DNA of 52,835 nucleotides from an uncultured Candidatus Saccharibacteria bacterium (lineage in GTDB: Bacteria > Patescibacteriota > Saccharimonadia > Saccharimonadales > UBA4665): NCBI GenBank assembly GCA_903900685.1, contig CAIUOC010000086.1, forward strand, positions 1-52,835, in the 5' to 3' direction. Each line of letters starts with the position of its first letter. The stretch's first letter is position 1. The notes beneath the pieces were generated by a model. The model searched no databases. It worked only from the letters and a program-made list of their open reading frames with translations, and had not been told where the DNA came from. Positions 12,701 through 19,904 of this stretch are shown here, piece after piece. A program made the translations under genes and the position numbers.

Positions 12701-14714
12701 TAGTAATACCGCCACTGAAAGTATTATTTTGAGTAAAAGTATTAGAAGCGTTTTTAAGAGGAATATTTGAGCTGAGCCTTGAGTCAGATAAAGTTCCTTG
12801 GTTAATACTGCTGGCATTTAAGTTGGTTACAAGTGAGCCGTTTAGGGCCGGTATGTAGCCGATAGCTGTAGCTTGAATTAACTGATTTGCTCCATTGAAT
12901 GAGTTTCCTTGCAGTGTTACGTCATTGCTTAGTCTTAGGTTGTTTATGGTGCCTGTTGTAACGTTACTAGCATTAATATTAGATAGTAGATGGCCATCAC
13001 CACTAAAGTAGGCAGCTATATTGGTTCCAGATATGTTTATATTACCTGTTTGTGGTGTGCCTGGAGTTGCTCCTTGAATACTAACGTAATTTCCAGCTGT
13101 TTGGTAGTTACAGTTATTGCTAGCTCCTAAACAAACGTTTGAGGTAAGTAGTGAGTCATTTATTGTTCCGCTATTATTCGTTTGGACAAGTTCGTTATTT
13201 CCATTAAAGGTGTTGCCTTGAACAGTAACATTGTTGCTTAGTCTTGAATCAGATACAGTCCCGGTTGATACGTTAGAACCATTAATATTATTTATTTGAG
13301 AACCATCCCCTTTGAAAGAACCAGCTATAACGCTACCTGATACGTTTATATTGCCATTTTGAGGAGTGCCTGGTGTTGCGCTTTGAAGATTAATATAGTT
13401 ACCAGCTACTTGATAATTTCCAGCAGCCTGATAGTTACAGTTGTTGGTAGAGCCTAAACATACATTACTTGAAAGTGCAGAATCTGGAACTGATCCTGTT
13501 TGCAAATTGGCACCGTTTAGGTTTGTTAAGTTACTACCATCTAGTGTAGTTAGTTTTCCGTCACTTCCAACCTGAACTAACTGACTTGCGCCATTGAAAG
13601 TATTACCTTGTAAAGTTACATCGCCAGTGAGTCTAGCATTATCTATAGTTCCACTTGATATATTAGAGGCATTTATATTAGTTAGGTTAGTCGCATCAAG
13701 AACAGGTAGTTGTGCGCTTGAGTTAAGCTGAACTAAATCGTTTGCTCCGTTGAAAGTATTACCTTGTAAAGTTACTGAACCGTCGAGCCCAATTAATACA
13801 TTACCAGTTGTACCACCACCTGTTAGACCAGTTCCAACAGTTACTCCAGTAAGTGTTCCTCCAGCTGTTGAACTTATAGTTAATGTATTGGTTGCAGTGT
13901 CATTAACAACACTAATGTTACCACTTCCAACAACATCTATATTTCCACCGTTATTAATAATTCCATTAATACTAGAAACTATATTGGCTTGAATTGCACT
14001 GAGAGGAATGGATTGGCCAAGCTGTGTGACATTACTTGGAAGTTGTGCAGTATTTATTGTTCCGCTGGTTATGTTGTTGGCGTTAATTGCAGTTAGAGCT
14101 GATCCATTTCCACTTAAACTAGATGCTGTGATAGTACCACCAGTTACTATATTCCCTTGGATGCTAAGATTTCCTCCAGTTATATTACTTGAAGTCTTTA
14201 TTGCCCCAGTGGTATTTAAGCTACCTTGTATCGCAACATCACCATTTAGACTTATAGATTGACCTGCAATCTGTGCAGGGGTGAGACTTGCTTGGTTATT
14301 AGATAAGGGAACATTAAGTGAAATGGTTTTAGAAACTTTAGTCGATGCTAAAGTCGAGGCTTTTTGCTTATTACTACTACTAACTAATTTGTAGGCACCA
14401 AAACCTATGACAGACATTAATACAAACCCTAATAAAGACAACGTAAGATATTTAACGATGAGATTTGATGGCTTCTTTATTTTATTAGACAAATTTGTGT
14501 TAGTTGAGTTTGTATAGTTTAAATTAGATATTTCAGATATAGGCTTATCAGAGGCATTTTGAGCAGCTAAATCATCGTTTACGTTTAGTGATCCTAGATT
14601 ATTTTGGTCGCCAATAAAAGGACCTGAGTTTCCACTGGAAACCTGGCCATTAGGTTTATTATTATCTGGTAAATTATTACTAATTTCAGAATGCTTTTGG
14701 TTACCCTCTTGCAC
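9792..14714 (-). CDS. Giant (1640 aa) membrane-anchored surface fibre protein with tail-fibre-like repeats
   Basis: GTG start preceded by AGAGGGG. About 85 aa of cytoplasmic N-terminus, then a single TM (YLTLSLLGFVLMSVIGFGAYKLV). Recurring modules follow: L(T/S)N(L/I)NASN(I/V)xxGT(I/L)xxxRLSxxVTLQGNxFNGANQLVQ, NCNYQxAGNY, and IGIG(N/T)xxPxYxLDVxGN. Ser/Thr/Asn/Gly-rich throughout. Confidence 0.85.
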   Translation of the reverse strand: MQEGNQKHSEISNNLPDNNKPNGQVSSGNSGPFIGDQNNLGSLNVNDDLAAQNASDKPISEISNLNYTNSTNTNLSNKIKKPSNLIVKYLTLSLLGFVLMSVIGFGAYKLVSSSNKQKASTLASTKVSKTISLNVPLSNNQASLTPAQIAGQSISLNGDVAIQGSLNTTGAIKTSSNITGGNLSIQGNIVTGGTITASSLSGNGSALTAINANNITSGTINTAQLPSNVTQLGQSIPLSAIQANIVSSINGIINNGGNIDVVGSGNISVVNDTATNTLTISSTAGGTLTGVTVGTGLTGGGTTGNVLIGLDGSVTLQGNTFNGANDLVQLNSSAQLPVLDATNLTNINASNISSGTIDNARLTGDVTLQGNTFNGASQLVQVGSDGKLTTLDGSNLTNLNGANLQTGSVPDSALSSNVCLGSTNNCNYQAAGNYQVAGNYINLQSATPGTPQNGNINVSGSVIAGSFKGDGSQINNINGSNVSTGTVSDSRLSNNVTVQGNTFNGNNELVQTNNSGTINDSLLTSNVCLGASNNCNYQTAGNYVSIQGATPGTPQTGNINISGTNIAAYFSGDGHLLSNINASNVTTGTINNLRLSNDVTLQGNSFNGANQLIQATAIGYIPALNGSLVTNLNASSINQGTLSDSRLSSNIPLKNASNTFTQNNTFSGGITTNSIQPSTSLTVGSTSNPLTLQGSSTTISSTNSGGTTTVGFNGTSSGSVNYQFDAATTPGTYFVCTTVGNCGTGSSLSGSGTTGTIALFNGTQSIGNSKLTQTGSNVSVAGNLTVAPTVNSASTFVIQDATANPLFTANTTNGRIGIGNSSPNYPLDVTGNINSSTGLYVNGTKVCDSTGCGSIGGSGFYIQNGTSNQTNANFNIQSSSSSSIVGILKGASGQSADLLDLQNSSGTNKVAFSASGNVNIAGAYQINGSQISSTNLSDSSNIGLLNGNQTYTGNNTLSGNSTFTGTVLQQNTSDSTAAFQIQNAAGTDNLFVADTTNSRIGIGTNTPGYTLDVNGNVNIAAGSNYLINGTPICSGAYLCAPSKESPYYVQNSTTQQADTNINIKSISASSVTATFSGTSGQSTDILDITNNSNSVVASFDKNGKLTSTGLTTSGADVNINASSNFNTNINTGSSTGTVSIGNSLSSLTLQGTGSPTLNAYAICTQGNLTTCTNYASSSSVTNLSNSLSSNYTNNTNLALNYAPISPSANGYVQISPASAVAGNINQSGSITGVGINSGTGQIQGTGGLSVSGATTNINANSNFNTNINTGSSTGTVSIGNSLSTISINGNTSTLSSVSTTNINSGNTSYSTNSVGQTSVGSIATITGAGTSFNSNMVGGIITINTTPTATVEPITGFTSSTVLTATGTTAISSGTTYSISYNNGGTVNIGNAAGSVAINGTISGAVNIGASGSLAINNASNSAFIQTSSSGSGTITIGTGSDTVAISSSGITLSGNARHSKTITLTPEYSGAVLDNGASFTQAPTNGSIGTMTAGFDTSTGTLSARPGENNYSWTTSQSLSQSYDVIIQVPIPSDFASFASLNPISIDTKGTASSTITAWLWNNNTPEAGNWNPSTSGCVIPVSTSWATQSSTSVCAITAVTDNSYNNGAGLMTFRIRLTAPLNGIVQLGNINISYKSSY
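10867..10934. repeat. 68-bp perfect direct repeat, copy 1 (inside giant surface-protein gene)
   Basis: cttaatgagttaccgatagatacagtgcctgtactgctcccggtgtttatattagtattgaagtttga is identical at 11281-11348. Confidence 0.9.
11281..11348. repeat. 68-bp perfect direct repeat, copy 2 (inside giant surface-protein gene)
   Basis: Identical to 10867-10934 and offset by 414 bp (in frame, 138 codons). Encodes the NFNTNINTGSSTGTVSIGNSLS module. Confidence 0.9.
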
Positions 14715-14897
14715 TAGTTACCCCTCTTAATGGTTATATATATTTTAGATACTCCATAAGCTTATTACAACCCCTGTTAATACAATAATAGCTAAACTTA
14801 TTATTAACAGAGACAGAATTATCCACAGTCGATAAATACTTAATTATTTATTTCAATAAGTTATAATCAACGTATTAACTAAAAATTTGGATATTAT

Positions 14898-16052
14898 ATG
14901 AAAAGTGATTCAAAGATGTCAGGACTATCCGGCAATGAAATGTATTGTGTAGATTTACTTGGGTTCACTCCAGGAAATATTGTAATTGGAAATAGTGTAT
15001 TTTCAATGGGTCTAATTGGCAGTATTGGCTCTAGTCTTAGAACTATTGCTGGCGGTGAAATTAAGCAGTTTACTAATATGATTGCTGAAGGACGAAGATT
15101 GTCGTTAGAGCGTTTCGATAAAGAGCTTGCAGAAAATAAGGGTTCTGGGGCTAGTGGCGTTAGCAGTCAGCTCGTTTTCCATCCAGGAAATATTGAATTT
15201 TTATCAGTTGGATCAACAATTCACAATCGAGATAATTCATCTAAAACCTTCAGCACAAGTGCAGACGGACAAGAGTTATTCTGTCAATGGGATGCTGGTT
15301 ATACACCAATTAGTTTTGTATTTGGAAATGTTGCTTATTCTATTGGAATTGGTCGAGGAATTGTAGGATCTTTTAGAAAACTAGCTAAGGGTGAGGTAAA
15401 ACAGTTTAGCGATATATTTAATACAACTCGTAATCTATCAATTGAGCGAATTAGTAATGAAGCAAAGATAAAAGGTGCTAATAGTGTCGTCGGCGTAAGA
15501 ACAACAATTCTTCCAATAGCAACTACTGGTGTGCAAGAAATGGTTATGATCGGTACTGCCTCTTCTAATCCTAAAATCGAAGAAATTGCTAAAATGGTTG
15601 GCGGTGTAACAACTTCAGATCTTACGGCTGAGGAAACATGGAACGTTGCTAAATTGGGTTATGCACCAATGAAGGTTATTATTGGAACATCTGTATATTC
15701 ATTAGGTTTTATCGGGGGTGTAGCATCAGCTTTTAAGAATCTTGTTAAAGGTGAAATTAGTCAGATGACAGAGTTAATTTATGGTGCTCGTGAAAATTCA
15801 CTGGCTAAAGTTAAAGCACAGGCCGATGAAATTGGAGCTGATGATGTACTTGGTATAAAAACTTATGTATATAGCCTAGGAGGTGGAGTTATAGAATTTT
15901 TGGCTATTGGAACTGCGGTTAAGCGAGTTTCAGGTGTTGCGCCAAAAACCGCCAATCTTCCACCACAAGCAATAATTAGAGACAAAGATACATTTTATAA
16001 CACCGCCAATTATGCATATGGTTCAACTCTACAAAATCCTTCGAGAATTTAA
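14898..16052 (+). CDS. Protein with three tandem YbjQ/UPF0145 (DUF74-type) domains
   Basis: Three internal repeats each match the YbjQ pattern: (G)xxV(I/F)GxxV(F/Y)S(M/I/L)G...(R/K)xxxxGE(I/V)xQ(F/M)...A(R/K)...GA(S/N/D)xVxG(V/I)...(I/L)xxGTA. Confidence 0.7.
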   Translation: MKSDSKMSGLSGNEMYCVDLLGFTPGNIVIGNSVFSMGLIGSIGSSLRTIAGGEIKQFTNMIAEGRRLSLERFDKELAENKGSGASGVSSQLVFHPGNIEFLSVGSTIHNRDNSSKTFSTSADGQELFCQWDAGYTPISFVFGNVAYSIGIGRGIVGSFRKLAKGEVKQFSDIFNTTRNLSIERISNEAKIKGANSVVGVRTTILPIATTGVQEMVMIGTASSNPKIEEIAKMVGGVTTSDLTAEETWNVAKLGYAPMKVIIGTSVYSLGFIGGVASAFKNLVKGEISQMTELIYGARENSLAKVKAQADEIGADDVLGIKTYVYSLGGGVIEFLAIGTAVKRVSGVAPKTANLPPQAIIRDKDTFYNTANYAYGSTLQNPSRI

Positions 16053-16134
16053 ATTTTATATTTTTACTTGATGAAAATTTATATAATAGATTAAAGTATT
16101 ATATAATTTTTTCTAAGAGAGGAAAATCAATACT

Positions 16135-16629
16135 ATGCAAGAAGTCGACAAGATTAAGAGGAAACTAGTGTTAGTGAATGCTACCCTGTTCTTTTTTTTG
16201 ATATTAACTATCAGACTAATTGTGATGCTAAATGATAATATCGTTAACTATAATAATATAAAATTCATAACAAATAACCGAACTGCTTCTATTATGTTTG
16301 ACGTTAATTCATATTATGTAAATAAAGCTGGTTATGGCTCAGTAACTGGTTATAATATTTTACATAATAATCTTGTAACGGTAGCAATAAACCTATCTGA
16401 GTACAACAGTGCCTGTAATAACAGTAAAGTATCATCTGTAACTTTTTACACTAAGATAAAAGGAGTTAACACTCCAAGCTGTGTCAATAAAAATGGTTCT
16501 ATTGTCATTACAAATATTATAGAAAATTACAAATGGTACCAAATTGAGATATCGTCACTGAATCATAAGACCCCAGTAGATAAAATAACTATTCAAAAAA
16601 TATTAACATCATTTGAGGTTTCTTCATGA
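16135..16629 (+). CDS. Small N-terminally anchored secreted protein, paralogue A
   Basis: RBS GAGAGGA upstream, N-terminal TM. The C-terminal half aligns with the next ORF (C-x20-C, W(Y)(Q/E)I(E/D)I(S/Y)S, PVDK(I/L)T.Q.IL.SF.V). Confidence 0.6.
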   Translation: MQEVDKIKRKLVLVNATLFFFLILTIRLIVMLNDNIVNYNNIKFITNNRTASIMFDVNSYYVNKAGYGSVTGYNILHNNLVTVAINLSEYNSACNNSKVSSVTFYTKIKGVNTPSCVNKNGSIVITNIIENYKWYQIEISSLNHKTPVDKITIQKILTSFEVSS

Positions 16630-17147
16630 ACCAAAGACAATTCAGACAAAAAACTATCAATGACTTTCGTAAACTTTTAAATTATGAATATATAGTTTTA
16701 ATATTATTAATTCTACTTTGTTTGTTGATATCATTTGGAATTTATTATAGTAATATTAATTATCGTACAATAAAATATAAGTCTAATAATGATACCTACT
16801 CATTAAGTTTTTCTCCATCATCATCCATCCAAGGAGTTCCAGAATCAACGTATTTACTAGGTAATAATTTAGGTAAAAATAATACTATTGCATTACATAT
16901 TTTCAGAACAATAAATGTAAGCAACTGTAAGGTTAACTCGAGTGAAAACTTAATTATTTATTACACACCAATTGATGGAACTAACTACCCAACTTGTACA
17001 TCGGATGGAAGTTTCTTTCTTCAGACTAATGCTAAAATAAAAAATGTTTGGTATGAAATAGATATCTACTCATACAATAAATCATATCCTGTTGATAAAC
17101 TTACTGCCCAAACAATTTTGAAATCATTTAAAGTAATTTATAACTGA
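16626..17147 (+). CDS. Small N-terminally anchored secreted protein, paralogue B
   Basis: Start overlaps the stop of paralogue A (ATGA 16626-16629). Same architecture and conserved Cys pair. Confidence 0.6.
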   Translation: MNQRQFRQKTINDFRKLLNYEYIVLILLILLCLLISFGIYYSNINYRTIKYKSNNDTYSLSFSPSSSIQGVPESTYLLGNNLGKNNTIALHIFRTINVSNCKVNSSENLIIYYTPIDGTNYPTCTSDGSFFLQTNAKIKNVWYEIDIYSYNKSYPVDKLTAQTILKSFKVIYN

Positions 17148-18037
17148 AAACTATCAATACTTTCTAATAACATCTCTGTTCTTAAGTCTAATTCTCTGGT
17201 TAACCTTTCGGCTGATTCTGGTCTATTCAATTCAATATCAACAGCATTTATAATGCGACCAGCAACATTTATTTCATTAGTACTCAATCTTAAATCTTCT
17301 CGAACATAAATCGTATTTGCTCCACTGTCATTTTCTAATGTACGTTCATTTTTTATACTTTTCACTTGTAATTTATAAGGATTTTCTATTGGTTCATTCA
17401 CATCAAGTTTGGTAAATATATTAATGTCCCAAGTTGGCACCGAGGATTTATTAATACAACTATCACCATGATCTTCTGAAAAATAACTTTGTACTGGCGA
17501 CCATGTTGCCTCTGGCATTTCATTGATAGAAAAACGTTGGGCTAAAAGCAATACCGACATTTCTGCTAAGTGGCCTCTGAGTTCAATATTGTCATTATTC
17601 TGAGAAATTGGATCAAGGCTAGATAGTTTAGAATATTTTACAGATTCACTTACTAAACCCCTATAAGCATTTACCGCTTCAGTTTGACTTGGTAATCGTT
17701 CATATGAATTAATTTTCCGATATAGATCTATTTGACTAAGTTTAGCTCCAGCTTTTGCAATAGTCGACGTGGTTGTTTTGTTTTCACTAGAATTATTGGC
17801 TTTTGTATAACTATTTTTAGCTATTCTAATCCATTCTAATGAATCCTTATGTGGTACATGCAATGATCTTTCAAGTGCAATCTCACCGATTAAATATTGT
17901 CCAAAACCATTTCTCTTACTTAATTTATGGGTAGTTTGATCTATATTAGACAAACCATTTAGATAATCATCTGCATACTCAAGGGCATTTCTATCCCTGT
18001 ATTTAGGTGTTTTTCTGAGCAGATTGAATTCATTCAT
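17138..18037 (-). CDS. Hypothetical protein (299 aa)
   Basis: Clean ORF. An extended -10 (TGGTATAGT, minus strand, 18054-18046) lies 8 nt upstream of the ATG. Convergent 10-nt overlap with 16626..17147. Confidence 0.55.
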   Translation of the reverse strand: MNEFNLLRKTPKYRDRNALEYADDYLNGLSNIDQTTHKLSKRNGFGQYLIGEIALERSLHVPHKDSLEWIRIAKNSYTKANNSSENKTTTSTIAKAGAKLSQIDLYRKINSYERLPSQTEAVNAYRGLVSESVKYSKLSSLDPISQNNDNIELRGHLAEMSVLLLAQRFSINEMPEATWSPVQSYFSEDHGDSCINKSSVPTWDINIFTKLDVNEPIENPYKLQVKSIKNERTLENDSGANTIYVREDLRLSTNEINVAGRIINAVDIELNRPESAERLTRELDLRTEMLLESIDSFQL

Positions 18038-18097
18038 AAAAGATTACTATACCATAAACAAAATCATCTTACAACAAAATAGATCTAACTTTTTATT

Positions 18098-19696
18098 TCA
18101 CAAATGTTCAACCGGCAGTATCCCAAGAATTGCCCAGTATTGATCCATGAATAAGATATATTGGCTTATGAAATATAGTTTTTTTTCAGCAACTTCTTTA
18201 GGGAGATTGATTATTCTTTCGTTTTCATAATAAGTTTGGAATAATCTAGCTATTTCAGATCCATAAAACAATAACTTATGAACTTCATGATCACTTGCTA
18301 TATTTTTGATTAATTCCGGTAATTTCGACATAGTTTTGACTAAATTAATTTCATACTCATTTAAGTAATCTATTGAATTTGAGGAAAAAATATCGTTCTC
18401 TTTTGCTTTGCCGATGATCGAATGAGCTCTAGCGTATGAATACATTACGTAGAAATATGGGTTTTGGCTTGATTGCTGACTAGCTAGCGTTAGGTCAAAA
18501 TCTATTCTATTGTCAGAAGATCTAGATAGGAAAAACCATCTGGCTACTGATGATGCATACTCTCTTCCAACTGCAGATTCTAAATTTTTTATTAGTTCAT
18601 CAATAGTTACGTATGTTCCGGCACGCTTACTCATCTTAACTTCAATGCCTTCGCTCATTAATCTAACAAATTGAATTAATATAAAGTCTAGCTCAGCTCT
18701 CGGAATTAATTCCTTAATTGTAAGTTTTAGTGATTCAACTTGGCCTGCATGATCAGCACCCCACAACTTAATCGAGCGATCAAAATTACGTTTATTGAAT
18801 ATATTTACGTGATAAGCAATGTCATTTAATAAATAGGTGTAGCTTCCATCGGACTTAACTATTACTCGATCGCGTTCATCACCATAAATAGAAGATTTTA
18901 TCCATGTTGCATTATCCTTTTCGTAAGACAATTGCATTTTTTCGAGTAAATCAATTACATCTTTCACCGAACCATCATCAATTAGCGATTGCTCTGAAAA
19001 CCAAACATTAAAATTGATGCCAAGTGTGTTTACGGCTTTTTTAATTTCTTCGATGAGTAAAGCAACTGCTGTTTTTGCTAGCTTACTATCGTCATTTAGG
19101 TCATCTTTATTGATTGCTTTGACCAAATCTTTTATATACTCACCGGAATATTGTCTATTCTCAGGGTTAATGAGGCCAGCTTCAGCTTTAATGGACTCAA
19201 CTAGTTTTCCAATTTGTACGCCACCGTCATTAACGTAATATTCTTTTGTAACTATGTAGCCACATTTGGTGTAGATATTAGCTAGTACGTCTCCTAAAAA
19301 ACCTCCACGGGCATTTGCTAGCGTCAATGGACCGGTTGGATTAGCTGAAATGAACTCAATTTGAAGTTTGTTGTTATTGCCCAAATTGTTCTTTAGGTAA
19401 TCTGAATTGATACCTTTGATTATTTCTAGCCAGTAATTTTGATTCATCGTTATATTGATATAGCCAGAACCTGCAGCTTCAACTTTTTCGATATATGATT
19501 CTTTTATTAAAGGAGCTAGCGTATTTGCTATTTCTCTAGGAGAGGTTTTAAGAGTTCTTGAAAGTTCAAATGCTATATTTGAACTAAAATCTCCAAATTC
19601 TGATTCAGAATAATCTATATGGGTCGAAATAATGTTAGTACCATAGTGCTCATTGGCTAAATCTAAAACTAATTTCGCTAATTTATCTCGTATCAT
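18098..19696 (-). CDS. argS: Arginine--tRNA ligase
   Basis: FISANPTGPLTLANARGG (class I HIGH region of ArgRS), KMSKRAG (KMSKS), and a DALR-type C-terminal anticodon-binding domain. Confidence 0.9.
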   Translation of the reverse strand: MIRDKLAKLVLDLANEHYGTNIISTHIDYSESEFGDFSSNIAFELSRTLKTSPREIANTLAPLIKESYIEKVEAAGSGYINITMNQNYWLEIIKGINSDYLKNNLGNNNKLQIEFISANPTGPLTLANARGGFLGDVLANIYTKCGYIVTKEYYVNDGGVQIGKLVESIKAEAGLINPENRQYSGEYIKDLVKAINKDDLNDDSKLAKTAVALLIEEIKKAVNTLGINFNVWFSEQSLIDDGSVKDVIDLLEKMQLSYEKDNATWIKSSIYGDERDRVIVKSDGSYTYLLNDIAYHVNIFNKRNFDRSIKLWGADHAGQVESLKLTIKELIPRAELDFILIQFVRLMSEGIEVKMSKRAGTYVTIDELIKNLESAVGREYASSVARWFFLSRSSDNRIDFDLTLASQQSSQNPYFYVMYSYARAHSIIGKAKENDIFSSNSIDYLNEYEINLVKTMSKLPELIKNIASDHEVHKLLFYGSEIARLFQTYYENERIINLPKEVAEKKLYFISQYILFMDQYWAILGILPVEHL

Positions 19697-19904
19697 ATTA
19701 AATATTATACAGTAGATGAGATTAATATATTAGCTGTACCAATCTAACATAATTATATAACTCATTTGTTGTGTAGTTCCCGAATATATTTTTTTATTAA
19801 TTAAATTACGAACAGAAATTACGTTTTGATATATTCAGATATGAAAAAAAGAATACGATATTAAGATATTGCTATTATTAAATATAATATTTGAAACAAG
19901 CAAA

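Noticed and set aside
12900-13600. Regular ~330-bp periodicity that could be mistaken for a repeat array or CRISPR
   Set aside because: The repeats are long, imperfect and entirely in frame within the giant CDS (duplicated NCNYQ...GNTFNG modules). There are no short identical repeats separated by unique spacers anywhere in the window.
10348-14262. Plus-strand ORFs inside the giant gene (10348-10587, 10642-10995, 11305-11553, 13750-13992, 14008-14262) and the nested minus-strand ORF 12050-12232
   Set aside because: They are antisense or off-frame shadows of a long, compositionally biased repeat gene. Their translations are Pro/Val/Leu-rich low-complexity strings with no starts or RBS context. 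The 1640-aa frame explains the region.
14819-14827. Perfect DnaA-box consensus TTATCCACA at 14819-14827, and its complement TGTGGATAA at 51709-51717
   Set aside because: These are single isolated boxes, not clustered. No dnaA or dnaN gene and no AT-rich unwinding element arrangement lies nearby. One or two perfect 9-mers in 53 kb of AT-rich DNA is compatible with chance, so neither was called as oriC.
19697-19904. Possible T-box or riboswitch leaders upstream of argS, cysS or the kup operon
   Set aside because: No T-box consensus (AAUUAGGGUGGUACCGCG-like) or recognisable riboswitch core was seen. The argS ATG sits 7 nt after a TATAAT, and cysS and kup are internal operon genes with no leader space.
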